Program-made: the position numbers and the translations under genes
From: Macrostomum lignano
Lineage: Eukaryota
Direction: 5' to 3'
DNA length: 64,000 bases
Assembly: GCA_002269645.1 (NCBI GenBank)
Contig: NIVC01000494.1
Span: forward strand, 372,001-436,000
Part shown: in pieces, positions 13,394 through 26,345 of the stretch
Layout: each line of letters starts with the position of its first letter
How positions within the stretch are numbered: the first letter of the stretch is position 1
Notes under the pieces: model-generated
Seen by the model: the letters and a program-made list of their open reading frames with translations, nothing else
What the model was told of the DNA's origin: nothing
The model's database searches: none

Positions 13394-15397
13394 CGTCCTG
13401 GCTGCTGCTGCTGCTGCTGCTGTTGTTGCTGATAATGGCGTCTTTCTGTAAAGGCTGCTGCCGCGCGGCACTTTAATATCAATTAAAGACAAATTCGGTG
13501 ACTGAGACGCCGAACGGGCTGAACGCTGGGAACGGCGCATTCTTTGATAGAACAAAGAGACAGTCGCCTAACTTAGATAGTAAGTGCCTAAAACTACAAA
13601 ACAACTTGTTTCAAGAGAAAAAACTAAAGCCTAATTCACTACCTATCAATTTCTTGAATCAATCTGCTATTATTTTATACAAGAATTAAAAACAACTTAA
13701 ACTAAAACTAGTTGGAATGAAATGAAAAAAAAAGAATTGGAACACCAAACTAGCTCGTCGCTGGCCAGTTAGTAGCACAAGTGCATAGCAGCAAGTCTGT
13801 TCTGTTGACGGTTTTAAAAAAGCACGAAAAAATGAGAGAGTAGGGGAAGCTGAGAAACTAGAAGCTTCAGGGGGATCTGATCCCGCTAACAACAGGCCCT
13901 CCAGTCGCTGACGCAGGCCTGCGGAAGGGCAAGGGAGCAGGCCGCTAAACCAGAAATATATTTATCCGCCCCACCTCATCTCCCATCTACCGGCTCAAAT
14001 GACTTGCGATGCAGGGGAGAAGTTTTAGGATCGGAGGAGGGGACTTCTTGGGATTTTGGGGAGGGGGATTCTAGGCTTGCTTGGATGAGAGAGAGGAAAG
14101 AGGCCGCCCGAAAGAACTAGCACTTGATTGGGCTTGACGTCTAATCCAATGGTTTATAAGCCTGATTTTGGTATCATGGCTCACTCTCACTTGCCGGCTG
14201 TGCATTTCCTGTCTCTCTGGATACCCAGACCAGAGAGCAGTAGTTGCCTGCTGGTCGGCCGTCGCAATATCCCATTTATCAACTAGACTTATCCCGTTCT
14301 CAGTTCTAGCTGCCTGTCATTCCTCTTACAGTCTTCACTGTTCACAGGTCGCCCGCATGTCTTTGAACAATTGCATTGATGCGGCGCCGTTCCGCAGCTC
14401 AAAAATCATATATAGCACACAGCAATCATTCTATCCCGCTTCCACCGGCCCTACCTAATGGCTGCCTCTACAGCTGATCCAGACCAACCGTGCTCCATTA
14501 AAATGATAATGCTATATGTGGCATCACAATCTTTTTTACTGAGGTAGCTTCGTATTAGAAGACGTGGCCAAGACGGATAAGTACAATTCAAGATGACGAG
14601 CAGAGAAGGACGTGACAAGCGGGAACTGCACGGGCCATCCATACACATCCGTCCCGTATTTTCAATATTAATTATTTAAAGTTAAGAGCGTGGAATGGAA
14701 TGGCATTTGACATAAACAGCCTGAGCCCACGTTGGACAAACCGAAAGAGACGAGAACGAAGACACTGCAGTCCTGATCTTTCAAGCAATCCGTCAAGCTT
14801 TCTCTAAACTTGACTTGCCCAGCTCTGCTAGTTCTATTGACTTTCACTTTCAAAGCAAGGAGGGGCAGGAATGAGGCGGACTGCACTGGCCCCTGCTGTT
14901 TGCGGATGACTCGAATTAGACAACGGAGGCACAAGCTGGAGGACATGGCTTATCCAGGGCAGACAAAACTTCGTTTCAAAAGCAAATTGGGCCAAGGTTT
15001 TCTGCACAAAAATGGCAAATATGGAGAAAGCAAAACTTTCGATGCAAACGAAAAATCTAAAATAACAGAATGAAAATGCCAAGATAAAGTAGATACCTCA
15101 TAAACTATCGTTAAGAGCAAAAAAATTCCCTACAAGCTAGATTTTCTAGTCTGTGCCCTTTCTGCGTTTCTAGACCAATACTTCGGACAAAAATTGCGAG
15201 CAGGCGAACAAATTCTAAATACGAAGCCTAGAATCAAGCCTAGAAATAAAGTTTAAAGATTATGTTAGATATATGAAAAAACGAATAACGTGAACCACAT
15301 AAGTAGCCTACTTTCAGTAGAAATACGAAAGTTTGTTAAGGTTTTTTTAAATGCATAAGCTAGCATGTTGTGGAGTATATTGACGCCTGTTGGCTTG

Positions 15398-15848
15398 TCA
15401 CTGCTGCCACTGCTGGCGTCGACGTCGACCGCCAGACGGCTTCTCGCGCAGCCGCGGCACAAATGTCAGCTGGCACCTGTTTGACAGGCCGCAGTCGCTC
15501 AAAGTGGCTCGATCGTCTAGCAGTTTTTTACTGCCCAGGGCAAGAGCGAATCGGCGCCATACCTGGCGCCAGCTTACTGACCGGTAGGGACCGCCGAGGC
15601 GGCGAATTAGGTGTTTGCTTTCTAAAGCGACCACATGCTTCAACTCGGCAATGGTGGCCTCGGGCTCGACAAAACAGTCGAGGCTATGCAAGTCGCCTCG
15701 ACTGACGCGAATTAGCCAGCAGCGGCCGAGCTGCCTCTGCAGCAATCGGTCAGATTTGAAGGCGGCGTAGCGCCAGGACTCTGTGCCGATGGCGAAGTTC
15801 TCTATGCCCGTTAGTTGACTGCAGATCGCTGAGACGAACGGCCGACAA
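15398..15848 (-). CDS. SNRNP25: U11/U12 snRNP 25-kDa protein-like ubiquitin-fold domain, terminal exon (5' exon not fixed)
   Basis: Acceptor ttcttcag ends at 15849, then an open frame to TGA at 15398. SVSWRQVWRRFALALGSKKLLDDRATLSDCGLSNRCQLTFVPRLREK parallels the SNRNP25 C-terminus as I recall it (ISWSYVWRTYHL..GEKLTEDRKKLRDYGIRNRDEVSFIKKLRQK), and ATIAELK parallels ATVLDLK. Confidence 0.75.
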
Positions 15849-16327
15849 CTGAAGAAATCGGAGTGGGAAAATACAATGATTTAAGATGACGAGGCATTTG
15901 GCCGTCACAATTTAGGATGAAACTTGAATAATCACTGAGGAATATTAGGACGTCGATCTCGCTATTTTAAAGGAAAACAGATCCCTATCAACATGAAAAA
16001 CGTCTCATTACTAATGCACTGAAAGTAGCTAACTATAATCTCGCCGAAATGCACTTGACAAACATTTTTTCTTAACTAAGAACATACTATCTACGAGTGT
16101 AACTTCGTACGATATATGAGGTGTGTAGCTTTTATTTGTAATTTTTTAAAAACTTTAGTAGTTCTAGAATATTTTTTCGCGTCTGAGTCAAGGTTCCCTA
16201 GAAGTTTTAGGCATACATTCGAAATCTGGGCTTAAAGAAGCAATTTAGCAATGTCTTTTAATACGCATGTATATTGCATATTACGTAACAGTATGAATAC
16301 CAAGACATTTTTCGCTCGTCGAGTTAC

Positions 16328-16427
16328 CCAGGTGTGGGGAATTCCTCCGACAATGTTTTGCTGCTCCGAAACAGAACAACGCAGGCAGAAACCAGCAACA
16401 CCAGCTCCACTGGAACGGTTGCACCGA
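16328..16427 (-). CDS. Candidate 100-nt exon with a hydrophobic stretch, phase-compatible with the SNRNP25-like exon
   Basis: Acceptor ctgtag and donor gg|gtaact. Reads [32 protein letters not shown] and ends in phase 2, which 15848 requires. No homology recognised. Confidence 0.3.
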
Positions 16428-16523
16428 CTACAGGCAGACCCGCTCTGCAATGCCTAGCCTGAACAGGGAAGTCTCTGAATATTTGACCTCACTTAACTCA
16501 CTTAACAGAATCGACTCAGGGAG

Positions 16524-16905
16524 ATGTGCATGGTTTTAATAGATGGATTCTTCCAAAGACATATCTCGTTGCAAACGTTGCGCCCCACTTTTCTTTTTTG
16601 TGGCATAGGAGAGGAGACCGCGGAGAATCACGTCACGTTCTGCCCTTACTTTAATAAGGTGCGGCACAAGCACCTCGGCCACTTCCAGCGGATGGACAAG
16701 CTGAGCACCCCGGACAACATCTGTAACCTTCGTGCCTTCGTCCGAGATACTGGCCGGATGAGGGTTTCCGATGCCTCTTCTGCGAACCTGCCGACTACTG
16801 GCGGGCTGGACGCATCCCCAAGGTTAAGCTTTGGTTTACTTTACCTTGGGTTGCGATAGGTTCCTCGCAACCTGATCGCGGCGTGGCGCCCCCAAGTAAG
16901 TAACG
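16524..16905 (+). mobile_element. 5'-truncated non-LTR retrotransposon remnant (ORF2 C-terminal zinc-knuckle region plus 3' end)
   Basis: [50 protein letters not shown] fits the GH..HL..C..C..EET.EH..CP...R..LG..F...GR pattern of I/Loa/R1-type LINE ORF2 ends (first Cys lost). It is followed by a short aagtaagtaa tail near 16895. Confidence 0.7.
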
Positions 16906-19739
16906 CAGGCAGAAACTTGAGAAATTCGCAACAGGGTGTCCATAGACACTTCCTGTCACATGCTGAAGGTCCAGAAGCTCCGCCTGGGTAAAGGCCAGTG
17001 ACTAACGAAGTCAGAGCTGATGGGGTTTATCAAAAACACTCGCGCTTATGAAAAAAATCCGACCTTCTGGCAGAATTTTTTAATATCTCGACGGTCCGGA
17101 GGGGTGGCGAATTGTTTCTTGTTTGAGAGAGTGCGTAAAAAATTGTTTCGGCGCAGAAAAACTTGTCACGGGGGAACTCTTCTTCGGTTCTACTGCTAAA
17201 TTATTATTTAGTTCTTTACAAAAGCGTACGATACTACTCGAAGAAAATTAATGAGATTAGTAAGTTTTTCACACAGATTAAGCTTCAGTTAATCTGCTAA
17301 CGGAGCAGTAAGAATTTTTCAGGCAACAATAACATTAACAAGCAGAAACTCACAATAAGCACACCTGCTAGGGTTTTAAGCGCGTTATTACACCTGCTCT
17401 ACACAACAGCGATACCAATGGAAATTCATGCCTCTTCAATACAGCTACGCATTATTGCTAACACAATACACACAATATGCTATAGAAAGTAGTGCGCAGC
17501 AAGCAAACACTTCGAATGCCACCAAGGAACAAAATTGACTTATTTTCTCTCACACTCCCTCAGATCGCTCTTTAGCTGAGTCTAGCGCCTGAATAAACAC
17601 AAGAAGAAAAGTGCCTTTCCATATTATTCCCCTTCTCCGAACAGCCTGTTTACATTTTATGCCTGGAGCCAAACAGAATTCTTCCTTCCTGCCTGCACTA
17701 AACCAATGAGAACGCTTTTTTAACTTCTAATGCTAGGCCATATGAGAAGCACAAATACATTCGAGTCGCCCACTGCGTTTTTATATCACTTATCCGTGCT
17801 GAGGTTGTTAGCTTAGCTGCTGGTAAGCAGTGTATTTTTATTTTATCCAGTCAGCACACACGCAAGGGACTGGAGACGCCACGGAAGAAGTCGAGAAATG
17901 AAACCAGCAATTTTTATGCATTTCAAAAACCGAAAAGTCACGTCACGCGCGCAGCTTCACGAGCAGCTCACTCTAAGCAATTTTATATGCGAGCTTGTAA
18001 TTTAGACAGAGAACATTTTCTGCGCCTTGCTCGTGTTTGAATAGCGGAAAATCGTTTTAGCAGATGCACTAATTGATTCAGAGAGCCTTCCCGATTGGAT
18101 TCATGTCAATAGAGACGAACAAGCTAACGAATCGTCAAAATCTAGTGAGTAAAGAGGTTGTGCTCGCACTGATATTTGATTCAGAGGCTAACCTCCAACT
18201 AATCCTCCTTGAAAATGCCCTTACTTAAAGGGTTTTATCGGCAAAGACAGACAGAAGATGCTGTACAGCATCTCAATCTTCTTCGTGCATCTCAGGTCTT
18301 TTACCTTCTATTTATCACCCGATTCTCTTTATCTCAAATACACTTTGCCTTCTAATCGCTATCTGGATAATCTTCTCTACTAACCTTTGTACGCCTAATC
18401 TATTTCTAATCATTTTCACCTATAAAACGAATTACCGTTGAACTTCAACAAAAGTGCGATTCACTTTAAACAACGTCAACATTTGATTTGTTATAAGAAA
18501 CTGCATTAAACAAAACGCCAATTATTGACATTCGAGAGAAAATTTTTGAGTTAAAAGTGTACACTGGACTGGAGAATTTCACGTTACCAAACATTGCCTA
18601 AATTGATAACGGGATTTTTTCCCAGTTCGCCCAGACGGTATTTAATCAAGCACAAGATATGATCTAAACAACAGATTCTATATACACCTAGACGGGTAAT
18701 AACTCCAGCCGAAGTGCGAAAACCTGGGTTTTGACCATAGACTGTAGCTTAGCAGCAGCAGCCAGTGTCTATGGCCCTAACCCGGGGTTCTTCGGAATCT
18801 TGGAGACGGCCGCTAAATACATTAGCGAATGCTGGAGTGACTCATGAAGTTGCGCTAGCTGTTTGAATTGCTTTGGCAAGATTTTGTCATCAAAATCGCC
18901 AACACTCACATGTATGCAACATCGACTAGCAGCTAAAAGCCAAATATTCTTCTTGAATATAAAACTACTTCCTGAAAAATTTTAGTGTAAGAATTTTAAA
19001 AATTCTTCAAAAGACTCTAATCACTGTTTTACTGACAGAAAATTCCAATTATTTATCTATTTTGAGAAACTAAATTATCCCATCTTTCACCTTCAAGGTA
19101 GACAGACGGTCTCTTACTCTACGGACGCGATCAAATCGATCTCAATTATTTGAAATCCTGTATAGTTTAATAGACAGCAGCTAGCAGAAATGCTCACAAA
19201 CTGCATTTGTATGCACAGCAAAGCTAAGCGCGGATGTTGCTCAGAACAGACAGACCAGCCGCGTACCAATATGCAAATGGACTAATAATATTATTGCTCA
19301 GTCAGGCTTAGGCTGGCAGGAAAGCACCGCCAGCCTCCTGAAACTGCAGAAAGCGAAATCGTGTCTCCATTGACGGCAACAGCGTGGCGGCTTCTCAGGG
19401 GCCACGAGAAATCATAAATTTTATTTATTTTAGCCTGATGCGCGCGAATCGGCTGGGATAAAAACTGCTACACTGTGAACCGGGCTCCCATTTGGGCTGG
19501 CTTTAGTGTTGAAATAAATAACATCTGACTGCGATCCCTATGTGAGGAAGATACGGCATTATACCAGCGCATATAATTGTTCAATACCGCTTTTATAGCA
19601 CTAACCAATGCGTAGCGACTGTGGCGCCAGGAAACTGCTTGCAAACATAATTCGCTCCTGCTGCTAAGCACAACCCATGCTAATTTTAACGCAATCGAAC
19701 AAGCCCTCCACTTTTTCCCATTCTTCCCTGTACCTTTCC

Positions 19740-21830
19740 CTTTCTCAATCTGCCGCTCCTGCTGTCAGTTCCTCAATCTGCCGCTCCTGCTGCTGTCAGT
19801 TCCTCAATCTGCCACTCCTGCTGCTGTCAGTTTTTCAATCTGCCACTCCTGCTGCTGTCAGTTTTTCAATCTGCCACTCCTGCTGATGTCAGTTCCTCAA
19901 TCTGCCACTCCTGCTGCTGTCAGTTCCTCAATCTGCCGCTCCTGCTGCTGTCAGTTCCTCAATCTGCCGCTCCTGCTGCTGTCAGTTCCTCAATCTGCCA
20001 CTCCTGCTGTCAGTTCCTCAATCTGCCGCTCCTGCTGCTGTCAGTTCCTCAATCTGCCACTCCTGCTGTCAGTTCCTCAATCTGCCACTCCTGCTGTCAG
20101 TTCCTCAATCTGCCACTCCTGCTGTCAGTTCCTCAATCTGCCGCTCCTGCTGCTGTCAGTTCCTCAATCTGCCACTCCTGCTGTCAGTTCCTCAATCTGC
20201 CACTCCTGCTGTCAGTTCCTCAATCTGCCACTCCTGCTGTCAGTTCCTCAATCTGCCACTCCTGCTGTCAGTTCCTCAATCTGCCACTCCTGCTGTCAGT
20301 TCCTCAATCTGCCACTCCTGCTGTCAGTTCCTCAATCTGCCGCTCCTGCTGCTGTCAGTTCCTCAATCTGCCACTCCTGCTGTCAGTTCCTCAATCTGCC
20401 ACTCCTGCTGCTGTCAGTTCCTCAATCTGCCGCTCCTGCTGCTGTCAGTTCCTCAATCTGCCACTCCTGCTGTCAGTTCCTCAATCTGCCACTCCTGCTG
20501 CTGTCAGTTCCTCAATCTGCCACTCCTGCTGTCAGTTCCTCAATCTGCCGCTCCTGCTGTCAGTTTCTCAATCTGCCGCTCCTGCTGCTGTCAGTTCCTC
20601 AAACTGCCACTCCTGCTGTCAGTTCCTCAATCTGCCGCTCCTGCTGCTGTCAGTTCCTCAATCTGCCGCTCCTGCTGCTGTCAGTTCCTCAATCTGCCAC
20701 TCCTGCTTCTGTCAGTTCCTCAATCTGCCACTCCTGCTGTCAGTTCCTCAATCTGCCACTCCTGCTGTCAGTTCCTCAATCTGCCGCTCCTGCTGCTGTC
20801 AGTTCCTCAAACTGCCACTCCTGCTGTCAGTTCCTCAATCTGCCACTCCTGCTGCTGTCAGTTCCTCAATCTGCCACTCCTGCTGTCAGTTCCTCAATCT
20901 GCCACTCCTGCTGCTGTCAGTCCCTCAATCTGCCGCTCCTGCTGTCAGTTCCTCAATCTGCCACTCCTGCTGCTGTCAGTTCCTCAAACTGCCACTCCTG
21001 CTGTCAGTTCCTCAATCTGCCACTCCTGCTGCTGTCAGTCCCTCAATCTGCCGCTCCTGCTGTCAGTTCCTCAATCTGCCACTCCTGCTGCTGTCAGTTC
21101 CTCAAACTGCCACTCCTGCTGTCAGTTCCTCAATCTGCCACTCCTGCTGCTGTCAGTTCCTCAATCTGCCACTCCTGCTGTCAGTTCCTCAATCTGCCAC
21201 TCCTGCTGCTGTCAGTTCCTCAATCTGCCACTCCTGCTGTCAGTTCCTCAATCTGCCACTCCTGCTGCTGTCAGTCCTCAATCTGCCGCTCCTGCTGCTG
21301 TCAGTCCCTCAATCTGCCGCTCCTGCTGTCAGTTCCTCAATCTGCCACTCCTGCTGCTGTCAGTTCCTCAAACTGCCACTCCTGCTGTCAGTTCCTCAAT
21401 CTGCCACTCCTGCTGCTGTCAGTTCCTCAATCTGCCACTCCTGCTGTCAGTTCCTCAATCTGCCACTCCTGCTGCTGTCAGTCCCTCAATCTGCCGCTCC
21501 TGCTGCTGTCAGTTCCTCAATCTGCCGCTCCTGCTGCTGTCAGTTCCTCAATCTGCCACTCCTGCTGTCAGTTTCTCAATCTGCCGCTCCTGCTTCTGTC
21601 AGTTACTCAATCTGCCACTCCTGCTGTCAGTTCCTCAATCTGCCACTCCTGCTGCTGTCAGTCCCTCAATCTGCCGCTCCTGCTGCTGTCAGTTCCTCAA
21701 TCTGCCGCTCCTGCTGCTGTCAGTTCCTCAATCTGCCACTCCTGCTGTCAGTTTCTCAATCTGCCGCTCCTGCTTCTGTCAGTTACTCAATCTGCCACTC
21801 CTGCTGCTGTCAGTTCCTTAAACTGCCACT
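19740..21830. repeat. 26/29-bp minisatellite (about 2.1 kb)
   Basis: Unit tcagttcctcaatctgcc(a/g)ctcctgc(tgc)tg, about 75 copies. Confidence 0.97.
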
Positions 21831-22739
21831 GGACCTTTCTCATGAGCATGAGTTGCAAAACCAAAAATCATAAGCAAAAATACACAAAAATTCAGTGTTC
21901 CAGCGCACTTGCTTTCCCAAAGCAGAAAAAGTGGAAATTGTTTGCCACTGGTCACGCCATTGCACTGGGAGAGAGAGAGTTGAGAAATCGAGACAAAAAC
22001 AGTCTCGGCCTCCGCCAGACTTGCCCTATACACGCACAAACTCTACAGTGACACAATACCATTGTAAACCCCTTCCCCGTTCTGTCTCTAATCCTAATAG
22101 AGAATTTGGGAATTAGTTCGGCTAATTCTATTCCAACCCCAAGTATAATAAACTACGATCAATAGTCAGCGCAGCACGTGAGCAGGAGGTGAAACAGCGC
22201 AGCGGTAGGTCGATCGAGTTACTGTAGCGTGCTAAAATTTTGCACTGAGAGTCGGCTTGTGAAAGTTTTCAACTGCGTTTATGGCTTATAGGTTTCTAAG
22301 GCTCCTTCTACCCATTGCTACACGTATGGTGAGCGTGCGGGTGATTTCGTCATAAACATTCCAGGAATGTTTGTATACTTCTCCAAACGTATGAGATCAC
22401 CCCGATCAAATCCAACTATATCTTTTAGCTTCCTATTTTGTTTATTTCTGCAAAGTTCGTTTCACCATTCACCAGGGATCAGCAAACCTTTTTTTACCTG
22501 AGGGCTATATAGAGAAGGGGCCTGAGGAGGGGAGAGATGAGAGGGAATAAAGGAGAAGAGCGGAGACGAGAGAGGAGAGATGAAATAGAAGACGAAAGAT
22601 GAGAGGAGAAAGGAGGAAGGAGGAAGAAGAGAGGATAGGAGAGGTGAGGAGAAAAGAGAGATACGAAATAATACAGAGAAAAGAGCACTGAAGAGAGATA
22701 TAAAAATTGAGCGGATTGCTATTGAAAAGTTTCAAAGAA

Positions 22740-22812
22740 CCCGGAGGGCCGGATAGAGAGGCTTTGCGGGCCTCATGTGGCCCGCGGGCCGGATTTAGCC
22801 GACTTGTGCCAT
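22740..22812. mobile_element. Possible hAT/Charlie-like non-autonomous element end
   Basis: gggccggat...ggcccgcgggccggatttagccgac resembles the subterminal motif common in such elements. No partner end or TSD found. Confidence 0.35.
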
Positions 22813-22994
22813 AGACTAAGAACTAAAATCACCAGTTTGTCTGTGTGTACATTATCTCTGCCACGCCAGACTGCTGACTGCCTAATGGGCAGATGTGCAG
22901 CCGACAGCTCAGCTGCAGCTATTGCGCGGCGCATCTGAAGGCTGCGTACGGCTGTTCAAAGACTGGGGATGGTCGTCGCTACAAACACCCTCAA

Positions 22995-23119
22995 TTACCC
23001 CAGCTAACGCTGGCACCCATTTTACAGCTTGGTAACTGAGGCAAGGACACAAATAGTTCCGCGTGGGTCGACAATCGAACCCCCAACCTTCCAGTCGTGA
23101 GTCCGACGCTTTAACCACT
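22995..23119 (-). mobile_element. tRNA-derived SINE, copy 1
   Basis: Minus strand: agtggttaaagc (A-box-like)...ggttcgatt (B-box), then tgtgtccttg...ctgtaaaatgggtgccagc, a CORE/Meta-like central domain. It matches the copy at 49696-49853. Confidence 0.75.
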
Positions 23120-24386
23120 AAAACTAAAACCTCTTTCGACAGCTATGAAACTTTCCAATCGATTGTTTAATTACCCATGCTGACAGATAAACAGCAAAGA
23201 CAGACTTCAGAAGGAGTCACACTTAATTCTAATCGAAAATCCTACGATTTATTGCCGCATAAGAGTATACGCAATGTCATTCTGACTGACAGAGAAATTG
23301 CTTAAGCAATAATCCTCTTTGCTGTAGCTTTTACGATCTGGGTTCGAAATTTTGTCTATGTTGGCCACCCCGAAGGGGGGCACATGATTGCTAGTCCTAT
23401 ATACTAAAGTGATTTGTTTTTATCCAGGTGGTCCAAGACTAAGCTCACGCATTAAGAAAACGCCAATTACGCTATATAGTACAGGTATGCAGACAGACAC
23501 CGGCCAGTTAGGTACTGTGCCAATAATGCTACAAGCAGAGAAACACAGATAGGAGAAAAAAGTTTAGCAAGAGAAACTGATTGAGTAGTGAAAGAGGATC
23601 AGCAGAAGGATAGAGTAGGATCAGTAGGAGAGGCACGAAGGGACAGCTGGCTACAGAAGGAAAAAACTTGCGTGCTTCGCAGACGCGCGAGTCGAGTGGA
23701 ACTAAGTTCAGAAAAAGAGAACAGACTGGCGGGCAGAAACCGATACAGAATTCTTGTCCCGAAATCTGAGCTCTGCTTTGCATCGGATGGATATAGATGG
23801 TTTATTCTAAGTTGCGATTTTTTGTTCGTTTTGTTAGCCCCATCAAAAGTATCAAATGTCCAGGAAGTAAATGCGAGAGTAGGGCAGGTGAATGATAGAG
23901 AAGTTGGAGAGATTTTGCAAGACAAGAATTTTTTAACCATTGGAAATGTGACGATATGAGGCAATCATACGCGATGATTGAGGATAAATAGGATTTTTTA
24001 GGATACGGAAGCTCGAGGATTAGGAAGATCAGGTAAAGTGAATTTTAAAGATAAGAAGTCACTAATCCAGGATTAAGACACGCACCTACGGGAGGAGGTC
24101 AAAGGCAAAAAAGAAGAGGGCAGGTGAGATACCGCTGCCAGAGCTGAAGACAAAAAAGAAAGACAGAGGAGACTTAAAAGCAGAAGGCAATCCAGAGAGG
24201 CTAAAAAACGAATTAGGAAGGGAAGGAAAGGGAGAGTCAGACTGAGCGATCGAGATTGAGAGATGATATGCAAATGAGGAGTTGGAAAGGGCTGATCTAA
24301 AGCAGATGCTTATTAAAGCTGCCTTAGAGATACTGGCGCAGGATGCATGAAAGCCACAGTTACAGGGTAAAATATCTCTGCTTAGC

Positions 24387-24387
24387 G

Positions 24388-24420
<33 letters not shown>

Positions 24421-24588
24421 ACTGACTAACTAACTAACTAACTAACTCACTAACTAACTAACTAACTTATTAACCAACTAACTAACCAACTGACTAACTA
24501 ACTAGCTAACTAACCAACTAACTAACTAACTAACTAATTAACCAACTAACTAACCAACTGACTAACTAACTAGCTAACTAACCAACTG

Positions 24589-24682
<94 letters not shown>

Positions 24683-24764
24683 CAACTGACTAACTAACTA
24701 GCTAACTAACTAACTAACTAACTAACTAGCTAACTAACTAACTAACTAGCTAACTAACCAACTG

Positions 24765-24822
<58 letters not shown>

Positions 24823-24867
24823 CAACTAAACGGAATAACTAACTAACTAACTAACCAACTGACTAAT

Positions 24868-24908
<41 letters not shown>

Positions 24909-24985
24909 CACTAACTAACTAACTAACTAACTAATTAACCAACTAACTAACCAACTGACTAACTAACTAGCTAACTAACCAACTG

Positions 24986-25043
<58 letters not shown>

Positions 25044-25107
25044 CAACTAAACTGAATAAGTAACTAACTAACTAACCAACTGACTAATTAACTAACAAAC
25101 TTATTAA

Positions 25108-25138
<31 letters not shown>

Positions 25139-25145
25139 ACCAATC

Positions 25146-25180
<35 letters not shown>

Positions 25181-25366
25181 AAACTAACTAACTAACTAAT
25201 TAACCAACTAACTAACTAACTAACTAACCAACTAACTAACTAACTAACTAATTAACTCACTAACTAACTAACTAATTAACTAACTAACTAACTAATTAAC
25301 TAATTAACTAACTAACTAACTAATTAGTTAAATAACTAATTAACTAATTAACTAACTAACCAACTG

Positions 25367-25415
<49 letters not shown>

Positions 25416-25514
25416 TTAGTTAAATAACTAATTAACTAACAGACTTACTAACAGACTAACTAATTAACTAATTAAATAACTAACAGACTAACTAACAGAC
25501 TAACTAACTAACTA
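24387..25514. repeat. (TAAC)n microsatellite (reverse complement of the 9046-9760 motif)
   Basis: About 1.1 kb of ctaa with variants. Confidence 0.97.
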
Positions 25515-25554
25515 AAAACAAGAGCCGTGGGCGCAGCCGCGGGAGAAGACTCAC

Positions 25555-25768
25555 CAGGAGCTGCATCGGCCGATGCGGCAACAGATGGAGGCTGCTGGGT
25601 GTCCATCAAATCGACGAATGCATCCCGCAGATTTTCTAGCTGGGTAGAGCATTTAATTAGCCGGGCTACCTGTTCCGAGAGCTCGACGAGATCAGATAGC
25701 AGCTGCTCCTCGGCAGCGCAGGACTCCGTGCTGGCAGTCTGGAAGTCTGGCATGCTAGAGGCGGAAGT
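25555..25768 (-). CDS. Orphan internal exon, predicted helical/coiled-coil, unknown gene
   Basis: Acceptor cttcctacag and donor g|gtgagt. A GC-rich island between two microsatellites. Reads TSASSMPDFQTASTESCAAEEQLLSDLVELSEQVARLIKCSTQLENLRDAFVDLMDTQQPPSVAASADAAP. Confidence 0.6.
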
Positions 25769-25949
25769 CTGTAGGAAGGGTTTTGATGAGAGATAACAAA
25801 ACTGATTAATTAGCTGTTTTTTAATTCAGCAGCGAAATGCAGCTTGGAACGGGGATTTTTACCTGTTTAGTAGACTTCGGAAATTAATATTGATGGGGCA
25901 AGAGCTCAATTTAAAATTGACTTGGACATTCAACTGAAGCTAGAGCCAT

Positions 25950-25970
25950 CTCCGTGTCTGTCTGTCTGTG

Positions 25971-26039
<69 letters not shown>

Positions 26040-26052
26040 GTCTGTCTGTCTT

Positions 26053-26103
<51 letters not shown>

Positions 26104-26104
26104 T

Positions 26105-26165
<61 letters not shown>

Positions 26166-26198
26166 GTGTCCGTCCATGTGTTTGTCTGTTTCTCTAAC

Positions 26199-26286
<88 letters not shown>

Positions 26287-26345
26287 CTACTGTCTGTCTG
26301 TCTTTCTGTCTGTGTCTGTCTTTCTGTCTGTTTGTCTGTTTGTCG
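25950..26345. repeat. (TCTG)n microsatellite
   Basis: Direct inspection. Confidence 0.97.

Noticed and set aside
14168-15082. Overlapping short ORFs between copine and the SNRNP25-like gene
   Set aside because: No motif or convincing splice structure.
19886-22051. 721-aa Cys/Ser/Pro-rich ORF
   Set aside because: It is a 26/29-bp array whose units are not multiples of 3 and contain no plus-strand stop, so the same peptides cycle through all frames. This is not coding constraint.
23040-23119. Intact tRNA gene
   Set aside because: The acceptor and anticodon stems do not pair, and the sequence continues into a SINE body shared with 49696-49853.
23530-24370. Possible decayed LINE ORF1 on minus (CGFHASC, PHD-like)
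   Set aside because: A single partial motif with no endonuclease or RT motifs and multiple stops.
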